From contig CBDFLE010000006.1 in NCBI GenBank assembly GCA_965248925.1, forward strand, positions 4,960,001 to 5,024,000: DNA of 64,000 nucleotides. The letters run 5' to 3'. Every line of letters begins with the position of its first letter. The stretch's first letter is position 1. Positions 18,697 to 28,137 of the stretch are shown one piece after another. The translations under genes were made by a program, and so were the position numbers. Under the pieces are notes generated by a model. The model had not been told where the DNA came from. It was given only the letters and a program-made list of their open reading frames with translations, and searched no databases. The DNA comes from Candidatus Multivoradales bacterium. GTDB lineage: Bacteria; Acidobacteriota; Thermoanaerobaculia; Multivoradales; J023.

Positions 18697-21600
18697 GTGG
18701 GCCAATACTCAACAGACACTCGCTATACCGCCACCTCGGGTCGGGTCTTCCTGACCGGGGTGCAGGCGCTGACCCGAATTCTCGTCGATCAGCTGCGGGT
18801 TGATCGCGCCGCTGGCCGTCGCACGGCGGCTTTCGTCTCCGGCTATCCGGGGTCGCCACTGGGTGGCTTCGATCTCGAGATGAGCCGCTTGCTGAGTCGG
18901 GTAAAGGACCTGCCGATCGTCCATCAGCCGGGGGTCAACGAAGAACTCGGGCTGACCGCGGTGATGGGCTCCCAACTGGTGGGTGGCCAGGACGACAAGA
19001 TCTACGATGGGGTGGTCGGGTTGTGGTACGGCAAGGCGCCGGGCTTTGACCGTGCCGGCGATGCTATCCGTCACGCGGTTTTCACGGGTACCGATCCCGC
19101 TGGCGGCGCGGTGGCCCTGGTCGGCGACGATCCGAGCGCCAAGAGTTCGACCCTGCCGTCCTCCAGCGACGTCTCCTTTGTCGATATGAAGATGCCGGTG
19201 TTCTATCCCGGCTCAGTGGGGGAGATCTCCCGCCTCGGGCTGCACGCCGTCGCCGTGTCGCGGTTGTCCGGCCTGTGGTCGGCGATCAAGGTAGTCACAC
19301 CGGTGGCTGATGGCACGGCGGCGATTGAGCTCGATGCCCTGTCGTTCGCGCCGCGCATCCCGCAGACCGACTATCGCTGTCGTCCGAGCGCCATGTTTCT
19401 CGGTGCTCGCACCCTGGTCACCGAACAGGAGCTGTTTGGCATTCGTACCGAATTGGCGCTGCGTTACGGCATTGAGAACCAGCTCAACCGCATTGTTGTC
19501 GACTCGCCGGATGCCTGGATCGGCCTGCTGGCCAGTGGTTATACCTATCACCAGATGCGGGCGGCGCTGCGCCGTCTGGGGTTGGCCAGTGACCAAGACT
19601 TGGCCGCGGCCGGAATCCGTTTGCTGCACCTTCAGATGCCGGTGCCTTTTGACCGCGATTTGGTGCGCCAGTTCGCCCGCGGCTTGCAAGAGATCTTGGT
19701 GGTTGAGGAGAAGAATCCAACCCTCGAAGTCTGGGTGCGAGACGCTCTGTACGGGCGGAGCGATCAGCCTCTAGTGCTCGGCAAGTCGGGTGCCGACGGG
19801 GGGCCGTTGTTGCCGGCCCATGGCCAGCTCGATGCCGACGCGATGATTGCCGGCGTTCGTGCCCGGCTGGCCCAACGTCTGCAAGCTCGCCTGGCGCCTT
19901 TGCCAGCGGTCAGCAGGGTGGACGATCTACCGCTCACGGTGGCGCGCAAACCCTACTTTTGCTCTGGCTGTCCCCATAGCTGGGGAGTCAAGACTGTTGA
20001 GGGTGTGTTGGTAGGAGCTGGTACTGGCTGTCACGGCATGAGCCTGCTGATGGACGAAGGGAGGGTTGGGCAGACCCACGGCATCACTTGCATGGGCAAC
20101 GAGGGTAGCAATTGGATTGGCATGGCGCCGTTCTTGGAGCGCCAGCATAGTGTCCAGAATCTTGGCGACGGCACCTACTTTCATTCCGCCCAGCTAGCGG
20201 TGCAGGCGGCGGTGGGCGCCAGCGTCTCGATCACTTATAAGTTGCTCTACAACCATACGGTGGCGATGACCGGTGGTCAAGATCCGCCCACCGTGCTGGC
20301 AGTTCCAGAATTGGTGGGGACCCTGCTGGCTTTCGGGGTGAAAGAGGTGCTGATCACCACTGACGAGGTGGAAAAGTACAGCCACCTCGGGCTTCCCGAG
20401 GGGGTCCAGGTGTGGCCGCGGCAACGCATTGTCGAAGCCCAGGAGCTGCTGGCACAAGTCGCTGGGGTCACCGTGCTAATCCATGATCAGGCTTGCGCCA
20501 CTGAGCTACGCCGCGGGCGCAAGCGGGGGCTGATCGAGACGCCCCGGCAGCGGGTGGTGATCAACCCGCGGGTCTGCGAGGGCTGTGGCGATTGTGGCGA
20601 TGTTAGCGGCTGCTTGTCGGTGCAGCCCTACGACACCCCGTTCGGGCGCAAGACCCGCATCGACCAGGCGACTTGCAATCTCGACTACACCTGCCTCGAC
20701 GGAGATTGTCCGGCCTTCATGACCGTGACCGCGCCGCGTATCTGGCGGCGGCAGAAAGGCCGGCAGACCCGCCCCGCGCCCCCCGAACCGCCGCTGGTGG
20801 CCGCGCCGCGATCGAGCTTGATCGAGGCGGATCGGGTCGCCATTCGCATGGTGGGTATCGGTGGCACCGGGGTGGTGACGGTCGCCCAAGTGTTGGGAAC
20901 GGCGGCGACTCTGGCGGGGTGGCAGGTGGCCGGCCTCGACCAAACGGGCTTGGCGCAAAAAGCCGGCCCGGTGGTTAGCGACGTACTGCTCAGCCGTCAC
21001 GAGCCGCTTTTCAGCAACTTGATCGGCCGTCAAGAGGCCGACTTGATTCTCGCTTTCGATCTCTTGGCCGGTACTACCGCGGCCAATCTGGAAGTGGCCT
21101 CGGCGGCGCGGACCGTGCTGATCGGTTCGACGGTGATCGTGCCTACCGGCGATATGGTGGTCGACCCCAGTTTGGCGGCGCCCAACGTCGATCAGCTCAG
21201 TGGCCGCGCGGCGGCGGTGACCCGCGACGAGCACAATCGCTGGGTCGATAGCCCGCGGCTCGCACGGCGCCTGGCCGGCGAGCCCGCCACCGCCAACATT
21301 CTGCTCCTCGGAGTGGCTACGCAAGCGGGGCAGGTACCGATTCCACCAGCTGCCATTGAGCAGGCCATCGAACTCAACGGTGTCGCCATCGCGGCCAATC
21401 TGCGTGCTTTCCGCTGGGGTCGAGCCTGGTGGGCAGACCCGGAGGCGGTGGCAGCTCAGCTGCCGGCTGTGGCCCCGCCACTAACTCTTGATGAACGGGT
21501 CGATTTTCTGGCCGCCGACTTGTCTGCCTACCAGAACGCCGCTTACGCCAAGACCTTTCGCCAACGAGTGGCCGCAGTCAGCACCGCTGAAGACGAGGCG

Positions 21601-22107
21601 GTGGCGGGTTCGCGGCAGCTTGCATCAGCCTACGCCTCCTGCTTACACAAGCTAATGGCCTACAAAGACGAGTATGAGGTGGCCCGGTTGCTGCTGCTTC
21701 CCGAGGCTCGCCAGGCGGCCGAGGAAGTGGCCGGCGCCGGCGCCAGATCGAGTTGGAATCTACATCCGCCGATGCTCAAGGCGTTGGGAATGAACAGCAA
21801 GTTTCGCATCGCCAGGTGGTGGGGAGTGCCCTTGATGGGTGCGTTGCGGGCGGCCAAGAGAGTTCGCGGAACTCCCTTCGATCCTTTTGGCTGGATGGGG
21901 ATGCGCAAGCTGGAGCGTCAGTTGATCGACGAATACGTGGCGGCCTTAGACCAGGTAGTCACTCGGCTCAGCGCTGAGAACCTCGAGCAAGCCACCGCCA
22001 TCGCCGAGCTGCCGGATCAGGTGCGAGGATACGAAGAACTCAAACAGTGCCGCGCAGCGGCCTACCAAGTAGAGCTGGCCGCCAAGGTGGCGGCTTTCAT
22101 CGGCTGA
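18697..22107 (+). CDS. Indolepyruvate/phenylpyruvate:ferredoxin oxidoreductase family protein (fused alpha-beta)
   Basis: FVSGYPGSPLGG, PYFCSGCPH, TPP motif GDGTYFHS..N, CEGCGDC ferredoxin motif, GIGGTGVVT, KLMAYKDEYEVARL. GTG start at 18697 chosen. Confidence 0.93.
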   Translation: MGQYSTDTRYTATSGRVFLTGVQALTRILVDQLRVDRAAGRRTAAFVSGYPGSPLGGFDLEMSRLLSRVKDLPIVHQPGVNEELGLTAVMGSQLVGGQDDKIYDGVVGLWYGKAPGFDRAGDAIRHAVFTGTDPAGGAVALVGDDPSAKSSTLPSSSDVSFVDMKMPVFYPGSVGEISRLGLHAVAVSRLSGLWSAIKVVTPVADGTAAIELDALSFAPRIPQTDYRCRPSAMFLGARTLVTEQELFGIRTELALRYGIENQLNRIVVDSPDAWIGLLASGYTYHQMRAALRRLGLASDQDLAAAGIRLLHLQMPVPFDRDLVRQFARGLQEILVVEEKNPTLEVWVRDALYGRSDQPLVLGKSGADGGPLLPAHGQLDADAMIAGVRARLAQRLQARLAPLPAVSRVDDLPLTVARKPYFCSGCPHSWGVKTVEGVLVGAGTGCHGMSLLMDEGRVGQTHGITCMGNEGSNWIGMAPFLERQHSVQNLGDGTYFHSAQLAVQAAVGASVSITYKLLYNHTVAMTGGQDPPTVLAVPELVGTLLAFGVKEVLITTDEVEKYSHLGLPEGVQVWPRQRIVEAQELLAQVAGVTVLIHDQACATELRRGRKRGLIETPRQRVVINPRVCEGCGDCGDVSGCLSVQPYDTPFGRKTRIDQATCNLDYTCLDGDCPAFMTVTAPRIWRRQKGRQTRPAPPEPPLVAAPRSSLIEADRVAIRMVGIGGTGVVTVAQVLGTAATLAGWQVAGLDQTGLAQKAGPVVSDVLLSRHEPLFSNLIGRQEADLILAFDLLAGTTAANLEVASAARTVLIGSTVIVPTGDMVVDPSLAAPNVDQLSGRAAAVTRDEHNRWVDSPRLARRLAGEPATANILLLGVATQAGQVPIPPAAIEQAIELNGVAIAANLRAFRWGRAWWADPEAVAAQLPAVAPPLTLDERVDFLAADLSAYQNAAYAKTFRQRVAAVSTAEDEAVAGSRQLASAYASCLHKLMAYKDEYEVARLLLLPEARQAAEEVAGAGARSSWNLHPPMLKALGMNSKFRIARWWGVPLMGALRAAKRVRGTPFDPFGWMGMRKLERQLIDEYVAALDQVVTRLSAENLEQATAIAELPDQVRGYEELKQCRAAAYQVELAAKVAAFIG

Positions 22108-22199
22108 TTAGCCGCGCCAAGCGCCGCATCCTCAGCCCACGGCGGCGGTTACAGGGCGGTCTGTTTCGAGCTGACGAGCCACCAGCTCAGCGTACAATC

Positions 22200-22425
22200 T
22201 TTGCCGGCCCCCGAGCGGCCGACCAGGGCGACGAAGGTACCGGGTTTGACTTTCACCGCAACGTCTTGCACCACCATCGGCGAAGTTGGGCCGAACTGAA
22301 AACTCACCTGGTCGAGTGAGATCCGGCCCTTTAACCGGTAGGCGCTGGCCTTACCCTCGGACTGCTCCTTTGGAGTCTCTAGGACGTCGTTAATGCGATC
22401 GATATAACTCGCCAGCATCTGTCTG
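22200..22425 (-). pseudogene. Fragment of a peptidase-containing/type I secretion ABC transporter
   Basis: YIDRINDVLETPKEQ..LKGRISLDQVSFQF..VALVGRSGAGK (Walker A), then homology breaks off. Confidence 0.75.
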
Positions 22426-22427
22426 CT

Positions 22428-22740
22428 GCACAGCAGCGACAGGGTCACGCCCTTCTTCCTCAGCTCGCCATGCACCTTGGCCCAGTCGGGCAAGGTTCGC
22501 TGACCGCCTTCTGGCCGCGCCCGCGGCCGAGGAAACAGGCGCTCGTCCAGCTCAGCGTCGCTCAGGGCTACTACCTGCTCCCAGCTCAAGCCGCCGACCT
22601 TGGCTCGCAACGAATAGTCGCAAACTGTCCCGTGGCCCAGCCGCACCGACCGTTCGATCTGGCGGTGCGGCTGGGCCATGCTGCCAGTTCAGTCTCAGTA
22701 CCGCGCCTATCTCACGCATCGATGTCCTCACTCTCGGCAT
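22428..22740 (-). mobile_element. IS21-family IstA N-terminal remnant (frameshifted, truncated)
   Basis: MPRVRTSMREIGAVLRL / RQI..SV..G.GTV.DY..RA..GLSW..LSDAELDERLF..PDWAKVHGELRKKGVTL.LL matches the IstA N-terminus. Confidence 0.8.
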
Positions 22741-23470
22741 CCGATCCTCCTTCCGGGGAGGCTGGAATACCCCGTTTGCGAGGATCACGCAACCATCGAC
22801 CTCGGTCGCGGCCAGGATTCCGTCGGTGCAGGCAGCGAGACTCGTACCACAGGCTGTGGGGCCGCTGTGACCTCCGCCGCAGACCGAAACGGGCTCAATT
22901 CAAACACTTATGGCCGAGAAGCAGCAAGCTCTCGAGGTTCGGGGCGGAGATTGTTCTTCCGGCTGAGCAGCCGATCTCCGGCTCTCGCGCCAAATATCTC
23001 GGCGCGGTTGCCTATGCCGCAAAGTCTCCGGGTTCTTGATGCCTCGCCAGCCTCGCGGTATGTTTTCGCAACAGAGGCCTTACGCGAAATTGTGGCTTGG
23101 CGACAACGGTGCCGCGCCGCGCCGCCTGTCTTCGGTGCGATATGTCTGCTGATGGGGACAAGTAGAAGTTTGTAGAACGTAAGGTTATGCGGACTAGAGA
23201 GTGATTCAGGGCATAGGCGAAAGAATCCAGGTCGCTCGTGAGTCCAAGGGCTTGGCGATGATCGATGTCGCCAAGCTAATTGGGGTAACGTGGTCGCCGA
23301 CGGCGCCACCCATCATGTACAAATTAAGAGGAGCAGCAAACAGTGGGCCCACAAACCCAGCGACGACAGCAAGAGATTGAATCGGCACGGCAGCAGAGGG
23401 AGAAAGATCATGAAACGCGCAATGGCATGCAAGACAGTCCGATAAAATCAGGAGAAATCAAAGCTCAGGC

Positions 23471-23998
23471 TGTTTCCCCGCCGGAACCATGATATTGACT
23501 GCCATAGGGGCAGTTGATATCGCGTCTTTAAAGGAGGGAGACTCGATTCTGACGTTTGACATTCGCCGTGCCGCTCTGAATCCAGAGCGTATTTTGAAAG
23601 TCAGTGAGCACAGAGATTGCAGAATCTGGGAGATTACGTTTACGGATGGGCATCAGGTCCAGACGACTGCTGTTCACAGTTTTCGCCTTGCGCAAGGATG
23701 GAAAATGGCGAGAGATATCTCCGGAGGTGATACGGTTCGCTGTATGACCAAGGGTGAAACACTTTTGCGGAAAGTGTCAGAGTCAAGGCAAACGATGAAA
23801 GTCGGAAACGTGTTCAATCTAATTGTGGAGGGTCAATTCTCTTTCGTTGCTGATGATGCGGTTGTCCACAGTTTTTCATATTTCCGAATTCCAAGGATGC
23901 TGGCATGGGCTTTCTACGCAAAACTGAGACGACATCTTCTCGGCAGGATTACTAAACCACGCTCACGCAGTTGTAAGGCGCATCGGGTTTTTACATAA
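23471..23998 (+). CDS. Hint (intein-like) domain protein, 5' region disrupted
   Basis: CFPAGTMILT (Cys1 codon at 23471), VQTTAVHSF block B, VFNLIVEGQFSFVADDAVVHS block F/G. An in-frame TGA at 23411 lies upstream, with no start codon before Cys1. Confidence 0.8.
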   Translation, partial: CFPAGTMILTAIGAVDIASLKEGDSILTFDIRRAALNPERILKVSEHRDCRIWEITFTDGHQVQTTAVHSFRLAQGWKMARDISGGDTVRCMTKGETLLRKVSESRQTMKVGNVFNLIVEGQFSFVADDAVVHSFSYFRIPRMLAWAFYAKLRRHLLGRITKPRSRSCKAHRVFT

Positions 23999-24263
23999 GG
24001 CGCTCAGCGGAACGTAGTAGAGCAAAGCCGCAGAACAAAGCGCATTCAAGGGACGCCATAGCCGTCTCTATCGTCCGTGGTGGGCGTAGAGCGGGTAGCT
24101 TCGCTGAGTCTCAACAGCTGGTTGAGGGGGCGCTCCTGGTGCGCTTGCCGTTCAGCGCTATTGGTAAGTGCACAATGTCGATCGGAACGAAACGAAGGAT
24201 TCCAGACCTCCTGACCTACCCCTCCTAACCCTCTGAAAACACAGGACCGCCCCTCAGAGGTGG

Positions 24264-24941
24264 TGCGGACCCAAAACTGTCCGCTTTTTTCGGTGCCGAG
24301 GCATGATCGAGCATGGCACTGACGAGCGAGCACACCGTCCTGTTCCCAGACCACGCCGGGGTCCCCGATGGGGTTGTGGTGATCAACGACCGCTGCCGCC
24401 TCCAGCAGAGGGGCGGCTATCGGGTGGTGGTGGTCAGCGGCATGCCGCTCGCTCACTTCGCTGCCGGCGACAGGACAGGCGAGGCCCACGCGATGGTGAG
24501 TCTCGTTGAATTGGGCTGGGCACAGCAACGCGAGGTGGCCCTTGCGTTCGCTTGTGATGTGCGGACTGTGCGCCGGAATCAGCGCCGCTTCGAAGAAGGT
24601 GGGCTGGCTGCTCTGGGCCGGCCGCGCGGTTTTCCCCGGGGTCAGTCTCGGGTAGCGCAGGGCCGCCTGGACGCGGTCAACGGCTGGAAGGCCGAGGGTG
24701 TGTCGAATCGCGAGATTGGCCGGCGGCTGGGCATCGATGAGAAGGCCGTTCGCAAGCTCGCCAAGCGCCTGGGCTGGAAAGAGCGGTCGGTAGTGCAGAT
24801 GACGATGCCCTTCGAGAGTGCGGACCCAAAACTGTCCGCCTCTGATGAGCAGCAGGTCGACGGCCCCCTGAAAACTGCGGATCTTGCGCTCGACGCTGAG
24901 GGTGGCGGTGACCCAGCGGCTGCGGACCCAAAACTGTCCGC
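24264..24941. repeat. Three identical 21-bp palindromic repeats tGCGGAC-ccaaaact-GTCCGC inside the IS
   Basis: Copies at 24264-24284 (non-coding), 24819-24839 and 24921-24941 (coding ADPKLSA). Confidence 0.95.
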
Positions 24942-26706
24942 TTCTGCGTCCGAGCAAGATCAGGTTCCCCTCTCGCTGGACCTCGATCCAGCGGATCGCG
25001 CCAGCGATCGGCTGCTGGCGAGGCTGGGATTCCTCGATGATGCGGCGCCGATCTTCGGAGCGGCGACCCAGCTACCGGGCGCCGGTGCTCTGCTGGCGAT
25101 TCCCGCCCTGGTGGACAGCGGCGTGCTCTCCATCGCGCAGGAGCTGTACGGCAGCATCGGGCCGGCCTTCTATGGGCTGCGCACCACTCTGGTAACCCTG
25201 CTGCTGATGGCACTGTTGCGGGTCAAGCGACCCGAAGGGCTCAAGGAGCGCTCACCCCGGCATTTGGGTCAGCTTCTCGGGCTCGACCGAGCGCCGGAAG
25301 TGAAAACCTTGCGCAACAAGCTCGCTCGGCTGGCCGCGCATGGCCTGGCCGCGGATCTCGGTCGCGCCCTCGCTCAGCGCCGGGTCGCCACCAGGGGCCA
25401 TGCCATGGGCTTCCTCTACGTGGACGGGCATGTGCGCGCCTACCACGGTGGCCGAGAGATTCCCAAGACACACGTAGCGCGGATGCGGATCGCGATGCCG
25501 GCCACCACCGACTACTGGGTCAACGATGCTGAGAGCGAGCCTCTCTTCGTGGTCCCCACCGAGGCCAACAAGGGGCTTGCGACGATGCTTCCCCTCATTC
25601 TCGAAGAGGTACGAAAGCTACTCGGAGACCGGCGAGTCACCGTCGTCTTCGACCGTGGGGGTTGGAGCCCGAAGCTGTTTGCGAAGCTCATCGCCAAGAA
25701 GTTCGACATCCTCACATACCGAAAGGCCCCCTTTCGTCCGGTGCCGTTGAGCAAGTTCGGGCAGATCAAGGACACGATCCACGGGCGGAAGCTCGAGTAC
25801 CTCCTCGCCGATCAGCGTATCTACCTCGAGTATGGCCCGAGGAAGAAGCGCAAGCGGCTGTACCTGCGCCAGGTCACCCGCCTCTGCGACAACGGCCACC
25901 AGACGTCCATCATCACCTCCCGCCGCGACCTCTCCACACTCGAGGTCGCCTACCGCATGTTCGATCGTTGGAGGCAAGAGAACTTCTTCAAATACCTGCG
26001 CGAAGAATTCGCACTCGATGCCCTGGTGGACTATGGCACCGAGCCAGCGGACGCTGCCCGCGATGTGCCGAATCCCGAGCGCGGCAAGATCAATGCAGAG
26101 CTGCGCAAAGCTCACGCACATCTCGAGCAGCTTCGGGCCCACATCGGGATCGCTGCTCTTGAAAACCGCGAGGATCGGCGGCGCACGATGCGCGGATTCA
26201 AGATCGCCAACGCCGCCATCTCCGCCAGGGTCCGGGCAGCGATAGAGCAGATCACCGAACTCGAGAACCAGCGCGCGACCCTCCCCGTCCGCGTCCCCGT
26301 CCAAGAGGTCGTCGAAGCGGATGTCATCAAGCTGTCCGTCGAGCGCAAGCACCTCACCGATATTCTCAAGATGGTCGCCTACCAGGCCGAAGGTGATCTT
26401 CTCCGGCTCCTATCACCCCACTACCGCCGCACCGAGCAGGAGGGACGCACCCTGATCCAAAGCGCTTTCGCGGCCGGCGGCGATATGGAGGTTACCGACA
26501 CCGTGCTGCTCCTTTCCATCGACCCGCTCAGCTCTCCCCACAAGACGGCGGCGATCGCCGCCGTCTGCGAAGAACTCAACGCTACCGCCACCCACTTCCC
26601 CGGCACCGAGCTACGGATGCGGTTCGCGATCAAGAAGGCGCCACCCCGGAGCCTGGCCTTCCCAGGGCCTCGGAACACCTCCGGAGAGGCTCAACCGGAC
26701 ATTTGA
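24313..26706 (+). CDS. Large DDE transposase with two N-terminal HTH regions
   Basis: YVDGH, VVFDRGGWS, RWRQENFFK DDE-like motifs; HTHs QREVALAF and SNREIGRRLGI; lies within the TIRs. Confidence 0.9.
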   Translation: MALTSEHTVLFPDHAGVPDGVVVINDRCRLQQRGGYRVVVVSGMPLAHFAAGDRTGEAHAMVSLVELGWAQQREVALAFACDVRTVRRNQRRFEEGGLAALGRPRGFPRGQSRVAQGRLDAVNGWKAEGVSNREIGRRLGIDEKAVRKLAKRLGWKERSVVQMTMPFESADPKLSASDEQQVDGPLKTADLALDAEGGGDPAAADPKLSASASEQDQVPLSLDLDPADRASDRLLARLGFLDDAAPIFGAATQLPGAGALLAIPALVDSGVLSIAQELYGSIGPAFYGLRTTLVTLLLMALLRVKRPEGLKERSPRHLGQLLGLDRAPEVKTLRNKLARLAAHGLAADLGRALAQRRVATRGHAMGFLYVDGHVRAYHGGREIPKTHVARMRIAMPATTDYWVNDAESEPLFVVPTEANKGLATMLPLILEEVRKLLGDRRVTVVFDRGGWSPKLFAKLIAKKFDILTYRKAPFRPVPLSKFGQIKDTIHGRKLEYLLADQRIYLEYGPRKKRKRLYLRQVTRLCDNGHQTSIITSRRDLSTLEVAYRMFDRWRQENFFKYLREEFALDALVDYGTEPADAARDVPNPERGKINAELRKAHAHLEQLRAHIGIAALENREDRRRTMRGFKIANAAISARVRAAIEQITELENQRATLPVRVPVQEVVEADVIKLSVERKHLTDILKMVAYQAEGDLLRLLSPHYRRTEQEGRTLIQSAFAAGGDMEVTDTVLLLSIDPLSSPHKTAAIAAVCEELNATATHFPGTELRMRFAIKKAPPRSLAFPGPRNTSGEAQPDI

Positions 26707-26761
26707 GAAAAAGGGTATGTCAGGAGTTCTGGATTCTGGAGTTGCAAGATTCGAGAGGGTG

Positions 26762-27019
26762 CTACTTCTTGTAGACGTCACCCCGTGGGCCTACTTCGAG
26801 TACAAGGATGATCGAGTCATCGAGGTAGGCGAAGAGCACTCGCCAAGTGCCGACTCGAAGCCGGTAGGTATCGCCGGACGCTTCTCGCAGGCGGCGAACA
26901 TCGCCTTCGTTCGACTCAGCGAGAGTCTTGATTCCGGCGGTGATCCGATCTCGGGTCGGCCGATCGAGGCGGGAGATCGTCTTGAGCGCTCGTTTCGCCC
27001 ACTGAATCTGCCGGCTCAC
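26762..27019 (-). CDS. relE: RelE/ParE-family toxin
   Basis: GDVRRL..YRLRVGTWRVLF..ILVLEVGPRGDVYK. Confidence 0.9.
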   Translation of the reverse strand: MSRQIQWAKRALKTISRLDRPTRDRITAGIKTLAESNEGDVRRLREASGDTYRLRVGTWRVLFAYLDDSIILVLEVGPRGDVYKK

Positions 27020-27273
27020 CCAGTTTCGGAGAGGAGCCGCAGTGCCTCTCCGTGGGAGACGACGTCGCCTCGCTCGATGTCTTCTTGGCCTTGTCGTATC
27101 GCGACGAGATCATCGGGTGTTACGGGCTCATCGTCCCAAGGAGCTGCCTCGAGGACCGAGCGGAGGGTGTCAGCACCACGCAGACGAAGATTCTCCAGGA
27201 GTCGTCTTGCGGCCCGAAGTTCCGGGTCCGCCAGCTCGTCAACGAGCGTGTGGAGTGCTGCGCGGGTGGTCAT
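27016..27273 (-). CDS. Antitoxin of the RelE module
   Basis: Acidic C-terminus (DDEPVT..AIRQGQEDIERGDVVSH); stop overlaps the toxin ATG. Confidence 0.8.
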   Translation of the reverse strand: MTTRAALHTLVDELADPELRAARRLLENLRLRGADTLRSVLEAAPWDDEPVTPDDLVAIRQGQEDIERGDVVSHGEALRLLSETG

Positions 27274-27369
27274 GGGCAAATCCTACACCAGGTGTAAGAG
27301 GTCGCGCCAGGGGCTATTCGACCGCAGATGCGCTGTTTTCGGTTCGACGCTGAACCCGCGGTGGGGGGT

Positions 27370-27946
27370 GGACCACTTGCGAAGAAAAGAGTCGTAGGCT
27401 TTGCGGGCGGCCTTGCCGTTGCTCGCGTAGACGATCCGATCCCAGTCGCGTTTGAGCTCGGCGCGGGCGTGAGTCGGGCAGTGCTCGCTTAGGTTGCGCC
27501 ACTTGTGCTGGGTGCAGGTTTGAACGCGAACCCCCGGCCAAGCGGCGATGGCCTTGGTGAGTCCACCATGACCATCGGCGATCACCAACTCGGGTGTCGG
27601 TAGCCCTCGGTGGAGCAGATCTTCGATAACGCCCTGCCAATGTGTCGACGCCTCGCTGACGGCCAACCGCCTGATACTTCCGTGGCGGTAGCCCCTGCGG
27701 GCATCGCTGCGGTCGTAGCGAGAGCAGCCCAGGGCCTCCTCAAGCTCTTCTTCACGTACTACCTAAATTGCCTCGCGGATCCGGGACCGAAGCAAGGGGT
27801 TCAGGTCGCGACGAAACGCGAGGACCGGGTCGCTGGTCTTGGAGGCTTCCTGCATGGCGTAGCCTCCTTTCGTCGTCGTGGCGAAGTCTTTGGATGACTG
27901 GAGGTTACGCCATTTCTGCATTTTCTACAGGACTCGGGATAGATCC
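27370..27946 (-). mobile_element. IS256-family remnant (left end kept, internal deletion, nonsense codon, 3' truncation)
   Basis: The end GGATCTATCCCGAGTCCTGTAGAAA resembles the IS256 at 44316. Coding sequence jumps from GYRHG straight to LAVSEAS and stops after RKWST. Confidence 0.88.
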
Positions 27947-28137
27947 GACAGCAAGATCAAGCCGAGGAGGCGCCAGTCCCAAGCGCCTCGGAGGAGGTGG
28001 CCCGCCAGCAACAACCAACGGTTTTGAAGCCGCTGTCCACAGTCGCGATAGACAGCATAGACGATGACAAAAAAAGTGGCGACCTCCAGTTTGTTGAACA
28101 ACAAACCATCGCGATCTTGAGATGAAGAAGATGCAGA

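Larger units (their letters stand above)
24203..26731 (+). mobile_element. Complete insertion sequence, 2529 bp, with 5-bp target-site duplication GATTC
   Basis: Left end CAGACCTCCTGACCTACCC, right end GGGTATGTCAGGAGTTCTG (17/19 inverted match). GATTC at 24198-24202 and 26732-26736. Confidence 0.95.

Noticed and set aside
23062-23079. gttttcgcaacagaggcc as an IS terminal repeat
   Set aside because: Only loosely resembles IS6-type ends; no partner end or transposase found.
23471-23998. True intein in a host protein, or polymorphic toxin pretoxin-Hint
   Set aside because: No flanking extein homology, no terminal Asn, and no toxin domain or immunity gene follows.
24264-24941. CRISPR-like reading of the 21-bp palindromic repeats
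   Set aside because: Only three copies, irregular spacing (555 and 102 bp), two inside a coding sequence, and no cas genes.
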